Part shown: piece after piece, positions 1 through 9,227 of the stretch
Layout of the letters: every line of letters begins with the position of its first letter
Position numbering within the stretch: position 1 is the stretch's first letter
DNA from: Rhodospirillales bacterium
GTDB taxonomy: Bacteria > Pseudomonadota > Alphaproteobacteria > Rhodospirillales > JAPHRK01
Assembly: GCA_026196105.1 (NCBI GenBank)
Contig: JAPHRK010000041.1
Location: forward strand, 11,970-75,969
Length of the DNA stretch: 64,000 nt
Reading direction: 5' to 3'
Made by a program: the position numbers and the translations under genes
The notes under the pieces: generated by a model
What the model was told of the DNA's origin: nothing
The model's database searches: none
The model's input: the letters and a program-made list of their open reading frames with translations, nothing else

Positions 1-227
1 CCACTCTGGCAGGAAAATTTGAAAACTGTATCAAAGTGGTTGGTGCTGCTGATTTAACAATTTTCCTCGATGCGATCCAAGGGTTTGTCAGCGTCCCCAT
101 CACGACCAATGAGTGGTATGCTCCAGGGGTCGGCTTGGTGAAGTTAGAGCGAATTGAAGATGTTGATTCTGAATTCTATAAAGGCGGGCGCTATAACTTG
201 GAATTAACCTCTTTTACCCGTGACTGA
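1..227 (+). CDS. C-terminal fragment of an unidentified protein (ORF open to the window edge)
   Basis: The frame is open from nt 3 (TLAGKFENCIKVVGAADL...) to the TGA at 225-227. The track's Met at 36 is probably internal. No recognisable motif. Confidence 0.4.
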   Translation, partial: TLAGKFENCIKVVGAADLTIFLDAIQGFVSVPITTNEWYAPGVGLVKLERIEDVDSEFYKGGRYNLELTSFTRD

Positions 228-1200
228 GGGTGCCATCTGGTGCTATAAAAACTGCTTTGCTGCCGGGGAAATGTTTAAGGATTGACTCACTTTTATCTTT
301 GGAAACAACGCTTAAAGCCGTTGAAAGAGCATCCGCAAGCGTTGCTGTTGGTGCCACAACTGAGACGCTTAACCAGTTATGGGCAGATTGACCTTTCCTG
401 GGGTCAAACAAGTGGTGGAAGCGGCCTTGGTCATCAAATTGGGTGCCGTAGCCTCCTGAGGTTGCCAGAGCTTGGTTCTCAAGTTCAAAGATATGATCTC
501 TGATTTCACCTGTTTTGGGATTGAGTAAACCCGCCCGCCAAGGTCTCGTTCCATCATAGCGCCCTAAAGCACGAACTTCTCCTAAATCCACATAGAGATT
601 ATCAAAACCTTTGGCTCGAAGAGAGGTTGCAATTTTATCTGTGATGTATCCTTGAGCTATGCCGTTGAGCGTGGCTGCCATGTTGTGATCAAGAAAACGA
701 ATGTGGTTTGTATGGACCTCTAGCTTCTTCCAATTCACAAGTTTAGTGGCTTTAAGAACATTTTTAGAAAGGGGGCCTGAGGCCTCTTTTCCGTTTTGTT
801 GGAAGTGATCACGATAGAGGGACCATAAAGGTTGAACGGTCACATCAAATGCGCCGTCGCTTGCCTGAGAGATTTGTTGTGCTGTGTGTAAGAGTTCTAC
901 CAGTTCAGGGGCTGGTGAGGTGAGTTCTCCGGCTTGGTTTAGTTTAGAGAGTTGGCTGTTAGGTCGGTAGAGACTGAAGACGTCTTCAAGGCGATTAGCT
1001 TCAGCAAGACATTCTGTAAGAGCTGTTTTTGCAAAGGTTGGGTCTGGGTGAAAAAGGGTAATGGCGGCTTCGGCACCGAAGGCTCGCCCAGTCCAGGTGA
1101 CTTTTTTGTTGGCGGCTGATGATAATTGAGGAAGTAAAGCCAAGCCTGTCGCAGCTCCGGCGATAGTAATAAAGCGGCGGCGGGTTAGGTTAGGCTGCAT
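214..1200 (-). CDS. apbE: ApbE-family FAD:protein FMN transferase (periplasmic, Tat signal)
   Basis: Twin-arginine signal TRRRFITIAGAATGLALL. ApbE-like core (LNGIAQGYITDKIA, C-terminal TLADALSTAL). ATG at 1200 has GGGAGA 8 nt upstream, so I prefer it to the track start at 1215. It overlaps the stop of the upstream NosR-like gene by 11 nt. Confidence 0.8.
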   Translation of the reverse strand: MQPNLTRRRFITIAGAATGLALLPQLSSAANKKVTWTGRAFGAEAAITLFHPDPTFAKTALTECLAEANRLEDVFSLYRPNSQLSKLNQAGELTSPAPELVELLHTAQQISQASDGAFDVTVQPLWSLYRDHFQQNGKEASGPLSKNVLKATKLVNWKKLEVHTNHIRFLDHNMAATLNGIAQGYITDKIATSLRAKGFDNLYVDLGEVRALGRYDGTRPWRAGLLNPKTGEIRDHIFELENQALATSGGYGTQFDDQGRFHHLFDPRKGQSAHNWLSVSVVAPTATLADALSTALSVVSKDKSESILKHFPGSKAVFIAPDGTLSHG

Positions 1201-3325
1201 CTTTATTCTCCCCATTTTTGGTTTCTAAGATCAGCGGTACACATTGTTTCGGGTCGTCATAAATCTGAACACAATCAAGACATTGGAAGCACTCGTCGTA
1301 GTCGATTTTACCTTCGGTATCAATGGCTCCGTAGGAGCATTTGACGGTGCAAAGACGGCAAGGTGTTCCACATGCACTACGCCGTTCAATCCACTGCCAC
1401 CGACGAGTTTTGCCAAACAGGGCCAGAGTAGCTCCAAGGGGGCAAATATATCGGCAAAAGCCTTTAAACATAAAGACCCCGAGCAGCAACCACGCTCCTG
1501 CATAGAGGACAAAAGGCCAGGCCCGGTCAAAGGCTAAGGTGATGGTGGTCTTGAAGGGTTCGACCTCAACCAGTTTATCGGCCCATGTTTGAGAGACGAA
1601 GGCGACGACAACGAGGCCTGCAAGGATAAGGTATTTTATCCATTTAAGTTTTTGGTCGGCGTCAGCAGAAATTTTCCATTCAGGTAAACGAAGCCAACGC
1701 CCTAAAGTGTAAGTGAATTCTTGCAAGGCTCCAAAGGGGCAGAGCCAGCCACAAAAGGTGCCACGTCCCCATATGACTAAGGTGATGAGGACAAAACCCC
1801 AGAGGAGTAGGCTGAAGGGGTCGTAAAGCAAGAAGGACATATCTCGGCCCTCTGCGACCCCTGTTGCCAACCCCAATACCGTGACGATGCTCAGCTGACC
1901 TTGTCCATACCAACCGATGAAAAAAACTGTGATGGCCAGAGCGATTAACCTAACAGGGGTCAAAACAGGTTTAGCGGCTAGTTGAGATTGTTTTTTGAAC
2001 AGCATCCAAGCAAGAGCCAAGAAGAAAAGGGTCAAGAAGGCCATATCAATGGCCCGATCTTTCCAGGATTGTAACCAAGGTGGTGCGTTGTCAACTTCAG
2101 GAGGTTCTTCATACCATTTGGCATCGGGCTTATGCTCATATGGGAAATCACGATGTCCGACTTCGCTGCGGAAACTACCGTGCTGACGAATAGCTTTTAA
2201 GCTGAGAACCCAAGGCGAGGAGGGGTCGAAACCTACCCGGGTATCCATACGTAAGACCATGGCTTGTTCAAAATAGGGGAAACCCGATTTTAGTTGCACA
2301 TCTACGTCGGCATCTCTGACATTGATTGGGAACTCGCCCTGACGAATTCCCATGCGATCTGGTACTGAATTAGGGACAAAATCTTCATCAACCAGTTGGT
2401 GTCGGCCATTGGCGAGGACCAAAATTGGTTCTTCAAATTCGGTCACCTGTACCGGGAGCATCTCTAAGGTTTCTTTATCTAACAAATTTTGGGCAACGGT
2501 TGGAATACCTAAATCCGCCACCCAAAGATCAAGATAAACGTCATCAGGGTTTGCTCGGGCCTCTGGGTCATCATCTTCGTAATAACTTCCGGCAAAGGCC
2601 TTTTCTAACTGAGCGTTTTTTAAGGTTAACTTTCTAACCAACCCAGCGTCCAATAACTGCTGCCAGGACATCTTTTCAAACAAATCTTTTTTGGGCAGGG
2701 CAGCTGGGCGAGGGACGATACCTTTGAGCTTAGCTCGTGCCACCTTGAGGGCTGAGGCAAGAACAGTTTCATTGACAATGCGCACAGAGGCCGTGGCTTT
2801 GGTAACGCCATCAATTACGATGTTGGAACTGAAGGATTTTTTCTTTTTATTGTATGGGCCTGCAACCTTGATGTTACTGGCAAGAGAGTGACCTTTGTAT
2901 TGGCGCACAAAATTGTTGAGAGGCATCACACCAAGCCCAGCAACAAAAACGGGTTCCCTCTGTTCTAAGACTAAGATACGTATGAATTCACCTTCTAAAT
3001 CAATTGCCACAAGGAGGTTGATTGGGAGACCCGCAAAGCCTGGAATATTCACTAGTTCCCGACTTTCAAAGATATAGCCAATTTGCTTATTTTTGACGTC
3101 TACTAGCTGCCAGATTGGTAAATCTTTTTCTCTTGGTCCCAAGATGAATTCGCTAGGAACAAGACGAGCGATTTCTTTCTCCGTAAAACGCTCTTGGGCA
3201 AAGCTGGGAGGGGAAAAGGCAATTACCAACCAGGTCAGAAGCCCAACCAAGGCGACGTTAATAAAAGATGTTTTTCTCATTAAGTGGAACGTTAGGGCGA
3301 CCTCTAAGAGTTGCCAATTATACAT
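1190..3325 (-). CDS. NosR/NirI-family membrane-bound FMN-binding iron-sulfur redox protein
   Basis: N-terminal hydrophobic segment and a periplasmic FMN_bind-like region (IDGVTKATASV). Multiple TM helices carry two CxxxCP motifs (CGWLCPFG, CRYICPLG). Cys-rich ferredoxin-like C-terminus (CGTPCRLCTVKC...CFQCLDC). The start may instead be ATG 3280 (MRKTSFINVAL...). Confidence 0.8.
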   Translation of the reverse strand: MYNWQLLEVALTFHLMRKTSFINVALVGLLTWLVIAFSPPSFAQERFTEKEIARLVPSEFILGPREKDLPIWQLVDVKNKQIGYIFESRELVNIPGFAGLPINLLVAIDLEGEFIRILVLEQREPVFVAGLGVMPLNNFVRQYKGHSLASNIKVAGPYNKKKKSFSSNIVIDGVTKATASVRIVNETVLASALKVARAKLKGIVPRPAALPKKDLFEKMSWQQLLDAGLVRKLTLKNAQLEKAFAGSYYEDDDPEARANPDDVYLDLWVADLGIPTVAQNLLDKETLEMLPVQVTEFEEPILVLANGRHQLVDEDFVPNSVPDRMGIRQGEFPINVRDADVDVQLKSGFPYFEQAMVLRMDTRVGFDPSSPWVLSLKAIRQHGSFRSEVGHRDFPYEHKPDAKWYEEPPEVDNAPPWLQSWKDRAIDMAFLTLFFLALAWMLFKKQSQLAAKPVLTPVRLIALAITVFFIGWYGQGQLSIVTVLGLATGVAEGRDMSFLLYDPFSLLLWGFVLITLVIWGRGTFCGWLCPFGALQEFTYTLGRWLRLPEWKISADADQKLKWIKYLILAGLVVVAFVSQTWADKLVEVEPFKTTITLAFDRAWPFVLYAGAWLLLGVFMFKGFCRYICPLGATLALFGKTRRWQWIERRSACGTPCRLCTVKCSYGAIDTEGKIDYDECFQCLDCVQIYDDPKQCVPLILETKNGENKDAA

Positions 3326-3330
3326 ACGTC

Positions 3331-4257
3331 CTACTTGTTGTGGTCGGCTCCTACAGCCTCGCTTACATTAGTGTAACCATCACGCTTGAGGAGTTCTGCT
3401 AATTCAATTGCCAGTCGATTGGCATGGGCTGGGCCTTTTGTCACCATAGCCGCATAAAATTGAACCAAAGAGGCTCCCGCTTTAATCCGCTCATAAGCGT
3501 CCTGCCCTGAAGTTATTCCTCGAACAGCGATGATAGGTGTTTTTCCTTCGGTGAGCGTATACATCTGCGCCACAAGTTCTGTTGACGTGAAACCAACATT
3601 CTCTGTTTTTTTGGGGCCGACGACAATGAGACCATCTACTTTCTGCTTAGTAATAACTGCGGCAATTCCCTTTTTCTCTTCATCGCTTAGGTCGGGAGCG
3701 ACCTTGAGGAGGAGAGGAGGAGTATTTTCATTAAGAGCACTTCTCGTTTGGCTTAAAAGGTCGGCTAGCTTGTCTTGTTGTCTATAGGCTTTAAGTTCAG
3801 GTACCAGCGGTGAAGAAATGTTGATAACCATATAATCAGCACATTGGGCTATGGCTTTGCTGCAGTGAATATATTCGGCAATCGCATCATTGCTTAATTT
3901 GTCTTTGAGGATATTGATGCCAATAATACCAGGATGGCTATAACTTTTTTTGCGCCGAATAAGTCTCGTCGCAACAACTTCTGCGGTTTTGCTGTCAATG
4001 CTGCCAATTTCCACCGACCCAAACCCTTGGGCCAAAAGTTGACCTGGGACCTCGGCATTTTTATCAAACCCAGCCGCAAGTCCTATGGGGGTTCTAAACT
4101 TGAGCCCCCACAGGGTGGTTTCTAATATCGGATCATTGAAAAGAGTAGGACGGGGAACAAGTCCCCATTTTAAGCCTTTGATGGCAAGGCTGCGGGCTTT
4201 TTTTTGCTTTAGAAGGCGAACAAATGGTCCGACAATATCGTAAAACCCAATCATCAT
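3331..4257 (-). CDS. Dihydroorotate-dehydrogenase (class 2 PyrD)-like protein with degenerate active-site/FMN motifs
   Basis: Matches PyrD landmarks as I recall them: FRTPIGLAAGFDKN, GFGSVEIGS, GINI, NISSP, KVAPDL, GASLVQ. It lacks the NRxGFNN segment (a deletion of about 24 aa). It has VVGPK in place of ATNTT, no GGLSG, and AVRGI in place of GVGGI. Confidence 0.6.
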   Translation of the reverse strand: MMIGFYDIVGPFVRLLKQKKARSLAIKGLKWGLVPRPTLFNDPILETTLWGLKFRTPIGLAAGFDKNAEVPGQLLAQGFGSVEIGSIDSKTAEVVATRLIRRKKSYSHPGIIGINILKDKLSNDAIAEYIHCSKAIAQCADYMVINISSPLVPELKAYRQQDKLADLLSQTRSALNENTPPLLLKVAPDLSDEEKKGIAAVITKQKVDGLIVVGPKKTENVGFTSTELVAQMYTLTEGKTPIIAVRGITSGQDAYERIKAGASLVQFYAAMVTKGPAHANRLAIELAELLKRDGYTNVSEAVGADHNK

Positions 4258-4272
4258 TCACCTTCCTTGGTA

Positions 4273-6225
4273 TTAAGCCTTTTTAGGTTTCTTGCGCTTC
4301 ATTGGCCTTGAACCAGGTTGATCGGCAGTTGGAGCGCTAGGAATGGTTCTTCGTGACTTTCTTTCTTCCTTGGGTCCAGATTTACTTTTGAAGGGCTTTT
4401 TCCCTTTGGGTTTTTTAGCAGGGCGTTCTTTGGTTTTTTCCCAAGGTTTGACAGTTCCAGCAGGTGCTTCTGATGGTTCTGGTCTTTCATATTTTACTTC
4501 TGGTTTATCAGCTTTTTTTGTGAATTTACGTTTGGTGTCAGATTTTCCCCGTTGGCTTGGTTTTGAAGAACCAAATGACTTTTTCCCTCGCGGTTTATCC
4601 CTTGAGCCCTTTGATTCAGCAGGAGGAGGTGTGGGGACTCCTTCAAGGCGAGTAACCGTGATGTTCTCTTCCACATTACCGCTGGGGCCAACGGTTTGAA
4701 GAAACTTATCAACGCTTCCTTTGGTAAGTTCTACGTGGGTGACATCTTGGTGAATTTGAATTCGACCAATGTCACGCTTCGTAATAAGCCCAACCCGGCA
4801 AAGCATGGGCAATAACCAACGTGCTTCTGCGCTTTGTTCACGTCCAACAGATAAGGCCAACCAAACGCCGTCCTTAAAGTCATCATGTGACCTTTGTTGG
4901 CGGTCTTTTGGGGCATTATCCAGGAGTTCTTCTGGTGCCGTTAGCGAGGCAAAATGTTGACGCACGAAAGCCGCGGCAACTTGTTCTGGCCCGTGGCGCT
5001 TAAGGAGTTCGTTGGCGAACTCTTGTTCATATTCGGACAAAGGTTCAGTAAGTGTAGTGCTTTCCATAACCCGTTGGCGGTCACGATAGAGGATGTCGTC
5101 AACTGAAGGAGGTTTAGCCCAAGTTGCTTGAACGTTAGCGCTGCCAAGCAAACGTTCGGTGCTTTTACGCCTATTGTGGGGCACGACGAGAACACTTACC
5201 CCTTTACGGCCCGCACGTCCGGTCCGTCCACTACGGTGAAGTAGAGGCTCACGGCTTTTAGGGATATCAGCATGGATAACCAATTCCAGGTTCGGTAGAT
5301 CAATACCACGAGCGGCAACGTCTGTGGCGATACATACTCTTGCACGACCATCGCGCATAGCTTGAAGAGCATGGGTTCGTTCGTTTTGGCTTAGTTCACC
5401 AGAGAGAGCTACGACTGAGAACCCACGATTAGCAAACCTGCTGGTCATGTGGTTTACCGTGGCGCGGGTGGCACAGAAAACAAGCGCTGTTTTGGCTTCA
5501 TAATAGCGTAAAATGTTGATAATCGCATTTTCCCGCTCGTTGGGAGCAACGGTGAGGGCACGATATTCAATGTCAAGATGCTGTTTTTGCTCTTCAGAAG
5601 TTTTGATTCTTACAGCATCGCGTTGATATCTTTTTGCAAGGCTGGCGATGGTGCGGGGAACTGTTGCTGAAAAGAGCAGGGTCCTGCGTGTTTTAGGGGC
5701 TGCTTCCAAAATGTATTCTAGGTCATCACGAAAACCGAGATCGAGCATTTCATCTGCTTCGTCTAGCACCACAGCTTTAAGACCGGATGTATTAAAAGAA
5801 CCGCGTTCAATATGATCTCTTAAACGTCCGGGGGTACCAACAACAATGTTCGCGCCTCTACTTAAGGTACGGCGTTCAGTGCTCATGTCCATACCGCCAA
5901 CACAAGAGGCAATAGAAGCGCCTGTCATTTCATACAACCATTCAAGCTCACGCTTAACCTGGAGGGCTAACTCACGGGTTGGGGCGACGACGAGGGCGAC
6001 GGGCGTTTTTGATCTTGGGAAACGCTCAGCTCCTTCAAGAAGCGTTGGCGCAATGGCGAGGCCAAAAGCAACGGTTTTACCTGACCCCGTTTGAGCAGAG
6101 ACTAAAGTATCTGCTTCTACTAATTCAGGAGCAAGAACAGCTTGTTGAACAGGGGTTAACTGTTCGTAGCCGCGTTTATTCAACGCCTGGCCAAGCGCCG
6201 GTACGACGCCTTCGAATTCGGTCAT
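4273..6225 (-). CDS. DEAD-box ATP-dependent RNA helicase (DeaD/CsdA-like, with DbpA-type RNA-binding region and basic tail)
   Basis: Q motif LTPVQ, motif I AQTGSGKT, motif II VLDEADEM, SAT (LFSATVP), HRSGRTGRAGRKG. The C-terminal ~130 aa are Lys/Pro-rich. Confidence 0.9.
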   Translation of the reverse strand: MTEFEGVVPALGQALNKRGYEQLTPVQQAVLAPELVEADTLVSAQTGSGKTVAFGLAIAPTLLEGAERFPRSKTPVALVVAPTRELALQVKRELEWLYEMTGASIASCVGGMDMSTERRTLSRGANIVVGTPGRLRDHIERGSFNTSGLKAVVLDEADEMLDLGFRDDLEYILEAAPKTRRTLLFSATVPRTIASLAKRYQRDAVRIKTSEEQKQHLDIEYRALTVAPNERENAIINILRYYEAKTALVFCATRATVNHMTSRFANRGFSVVALSGELSQNERTHALQAMRDGRARVCIATDVAARGIDLPNLELVIHADIPKSREPLLHRSGRTGRAGRKGVSVLVVPHNRRKSTERLLGSANVQATWAKPPSVDDILYRDRQRVMESTTLTEPLSEYEQEFANELLKRHGPEQVAAAFVRQHFASLTAPEELLDNAPKDRQQRSHDDFKDGVWLALSVGREQSAEARWLLPMLCRVGLITKRDIGRIQIHQDVTHVELTKGSVDKFLQTVGPSGNVEENITVTRLEGVPTPPPAESKGSRDKPRGKKSFGSSKPSQRGKSDTKRKFTKKADKPEVKYERPEPSEAPAGTVKPWEKTKERPAKKPKGKKPFKSKSGPKEERKSRRTIPSAPTADQPGSRPMKRKKPKKA

Positions 6226-6478
6226 TATTTTTTCTCTCGGAATACTCGTTAACTGCGCCTAGGTGCAGGTTATCAGTTTTTGGGGCGCATGTCGCCATGA
6301 TCAACATCTATGGCACAAAATTTAAGGTGGCGGACTTGTACTTGGTGCTGAGGGGAATGTAAAGGCACTCAATTCATCAATTATTTGCCTGAGCGTTAAG
6401 GTTTTATTTTCTTAAAGTCCCTAAGGTTTTGTCAAATTACTACTTAGTTGATGAATTGATCTAAAGGCCCTTAAGAAA

Positions 6479-8248
6479 ATGGTTAAGAAATTTGCGATCT
6501 TAAACTGTTTTAAATCTAGTTTAGCTGAATCAGAGTCAGCCCAAAGGATTGTAGAAACAGCAAAAAAAATTGGTGTAGAGGTTGGCATATTTACGAATAT
6601 TAAAAAGGTTGAGGAATTTAAACCTGATTTTATCCTCCCTTTCTCATTCCATGACCCGAAACTAAATGCCATTCCTACATATGGCTTGATGACACAACCT
6701 ATAAAGTACTGCATTGGCTCAAGTGCTAATATTCGAAATATATTGACTTATGACGGGTATGTTACTGTTTCCAACGATGTCCGGAATTGGCTCGAAGATA
6801 TTACCTTTGGGGCTCGTAAAAACACTCCAATAGCTTTTTATGCCAATACGATCGGAGAAACTGAGTTTCCAGGTATTGACTATTCAAAGCCATCTTTAGC
6901 ATATTTTGGTACCAACTGGGATGGTGAACGCCATGGTCGATTATTTCCAATCCTATCAAGTAAACCCTATATGCGTATTTATGGACCACCTGAAAAATGG
7001 GGACATATTAATCAAGGGGCAATGAAGGGGAAATTGCCATTTGATGGAAAGGCAGTTCTTACGGCCTATCAAGGTGCGGGGGTAGGTCTATGCATTAATC
7101 GAAAAGAGTTTATGGACTCTCAACTACCAACGAACCGTATCTTTGAGATTACGGCATCAGGGGCTGTTGCTATTTGTGGACGGGATCCATGGATTGAAGA
7201 GCACTTTGGTGACACTGTCTTGTATGTTGATATGGAAAAAGATATATCAACATTATCAGCTGATATTGACGCCCATATGAAATGGATTGCTGGTAATCCT
7301 GCTAAAGCTAAAGAAATTGCTCAAAAGGCCCATAATATTTTTCTTGAGAAATTTACTCTAGAGAAAATGCTGCAAAACCTATTTGTTTTTCATGAAGAGG
7401 TGCTTGCTACTCATGGGTTGATTAAAACAGATGAGCGTTCGGATGACCCAGAGGTATCTGTAGTCGTGAGAACTGGTGGACGCCCTGCTTGGATGTTAGA
7501 GCGTTGTATCAGTAGTCTTGCGAAACAAACTTATGGAAAGATTACGACGTTGCTTGTTGTTCATAGCCCTCAAGAAGGGATTGATGATTTAGAAGAAAAA
7601 TACCCAGATATTAATTTTAGAATTATTGATACTCCAGGCGCTAAACATGCAACAGCACTTTGGACAGGGTTCCGTCATGTGAAAACAGAATATTTTGCTA
7701 TTCTTGACGATGATGATGAAGTTTTCCCAAATCATTTTTTCACCCTTTTCAATACTCTTCGTCGCTATAACAAAGCAAAAAATTGGTATGGTGAAGTACG
7801 CTTAGCTTATTCAGGTTCAGTTGAGCGGAAACACAAAGGGTTCTATGATGAGAGACTTCCAGAACCTGACTTGATGATACCACGCTTATCTCCAGCTCGT
7901 TTGAAGTTATTTGAGTTTTTCCAAACACAAAACTATCTATCAACTGAATTTCCTTTAGGGACCTGCTGTGTTTTGATGAAGTCAGACTTGTTGGATGAGG
8001 AAACCTTGAGAGAGCCACGTCTTAGCATCGGTGAGGATTTGTATTTCTTTAATCTCATGTGTGAGAAAACCTTCTTTGCTTTTACAGGGCATCTGACAGC
8101 ACAAATTCATACTCATGAGTATGGGCAAACAGGTTTTACGACTGATATGGATGGGTGGGTAGGGTCCCGAATGAGTATCACTTTTAGTACTTGGGGCCGC
8201 AGTTTTCCATCTATGGGAACACTCCTACAATTCCGTCCAAACGTGTAG
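6479..8248 (+). CDS. Two-domain glycosyltransferase: CgeB-like/GT-B N-terminal half plus GT2 (GT-A) C-terminal half
   Basis: The C-terminal half has a GT2 signature (VSVVVRTGGRP...LAKQTY...ILDDDDEVFPNHF). The N-terminal ~300 aa (YFGTNWDGERHG...RIFEITASGAV) are paralogous to the N-terminus of 17103-18785. Confidence 0.65.
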   Translation: MVKKFAILNCFKSSLAESESAQRIVETAKKIGVEVGIFTNIKKVEEFKPDFILPFSFHDPKLNAIPTYGLMTQPIKYCIGSSANIRNILTYDGYVTVSNDVRNWLEDITFGARKNTPIAFYANTIGETEFPGIDYSKPSLAYFGTNWDGERHGRLFPILSSKPYMRIYGPPEKWGHINQGAMKGKLPFDGKAVLTAYQGAGVGLCINRKEFMDSQLPTNRIFEITASGAVAICGRDPWIEEHFGDTVLYVDMEKDISTLSADIDAHMKWIAGNPAKAKEIAQKAHNIFLEKFTLEKMLQNLFVFHEEVLATHGLIKTDERSDDPEVSVVVRTGGRPAWMLERCISSLAKQTYGKITTLLVVHSPQEGIDDLEEKYPDINFRIIDTPGAKHATALWTGFRHVKTEYFAILDDDDEVFPNHFFTLFNTLRRYNKAKNWYGEVRLAYSGSVERKHKGFYDERLPEPDLMIPRLSPARLKLFEFFQTQNYLSTEFPLGTCCVLMKSDLLDEETLREPRLSIGEDLYFFNLMCEKTFFAFTGHLTAQIHTHEYGQTGFTTDMDGWVGSRMSITFSTWGRSFPSMGTLLQFRPNV

Positions 8249-8252
8249 ATTT

Positions 8253-9227
8253 ATGAAGTATCGAGCACTTGGTAACTCCTCTTTAAAATTATCAGAAATT
8301 GGGTTTGGCTGCTGGGGAATTGGGGGTAGAACACTTGGAGAGACGTCTTATGGGGAAACTAATGATCAAGAATCTTTGGAGGCCTTGAATAAGGCTCTAG
8401 AGGTTGGGATAAATTTTTTTGATACCTCCAATGTTTATGGTGCAGGGAAAAGTGAAGAGCTGATAGGAAGTGTTGCTACAGATCATCGTGATGAGATGAT
8501 CATTGCGACCAAGGCTGGTTGGAATGACTACTCAGGGAAAAATGACTATTCACCTTCTGCAATTACAGCTTCATTAGAAGCTAGCCTCAGGCGATTGCAA
8601 ACGGAGTATATTGATCTTCTGCAGCTCCATAATCCGCCTATTGATGACTTGGAAACTCATCCTGAAATTGTCGAAAATCTAGAAAACCTTAAAAAGCATG
8701 GTAAAATGAGAGAGTGGGGTTTTTCTATCAAAAACCCGATGGATGGTTTGAAGATTTTAGAGCGATATAATCCAGCATCCCTGCAGGTTAATTTTAATAT
8801 GCTGGACGATAGGGCATTAAGTTGTGGGCTGCTTGAGAAGGCAAGAGAAAAGGGGGTTGGTATCATTTCACGAACACCTTTGTGCTTTGGGTTTTTATCA
8901 GGTGATATTGATGAAACCACGACTTTCTCTCCCGGGGATCATCGCCTGGCATGGTCAGTAAGCCTCAAAAAAATATGGGCTCAATCTGCTCGAAAAATTA
9001 AGGCGCAACACCCATTACAGCAGGGTGAAACCATGATTCAATCGGCTCTTCGATTTTGCCTGTCATTTTCAGGCGTAGCCAGCACGATTCCGGGTATGCT
9101 CAAGGCTGATGAAGTGGTTGAAAATGCCAAGGCCAGCTTACAAGGGCCGCTCCCCCCAAGCGTTCTGGCCTCAATTACCAAAATTAATGAGGCAGTGGCA
9201 GCCGATTTTCAGCAAGTAAAGCCTTAA
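8253..9227 (+). CDS. Aldo/keto reductase family oxidoreductase
   Basis: AKR landmarks: GFGCWGIGG, FFDTSNVYG, YIDLLQLHNP. Length 324 aa. Confidence 0.8.
   Translation: MKYRALGNSSLKLSEIGFGCWGIGGRTLGETSYGETNDQESLEALNKALEVGINFFDTSNVYGAGKSEELIGSVATDHRDEMIIATKAGWNDYSGKNDYSPSAITASLEASLRRLQTEYIDLLQLHNPPIDDLETHPEIVENLENLKKHGKMREWGFSIKNPMDGLKILERYNPASLQVNFNMLDDRALSCGLLEKAREKGVGIISRTPLCFGFLSGDIDETTTFSPGDHRLAWSVSLKKIWAQSARKIKAQHPLQQGETMIQSALRFCLSFSGVASTIPGMLKADEVVENAKASLQGPLPPSVLASITKINEAVAADFQQVKP

Noticed and set aside
214-3325. Reading the NosR/ApbE pair as part of a nitrous-oxide reductase (nos) cluster.
   Set aside because: No nosZ or nosDFYL is present in the available flanks. I kept it only as a NosR-family redox module.
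1231-3371. Small ORFs on both strands overlapping the NosR-family gene (1231-1530, 1244-1537, 1680-1913, 2691-2891 and others).
   Set aside because: They are nested in a gene with strong family motifs and have no motifs of their own. They are likely frame shadows.
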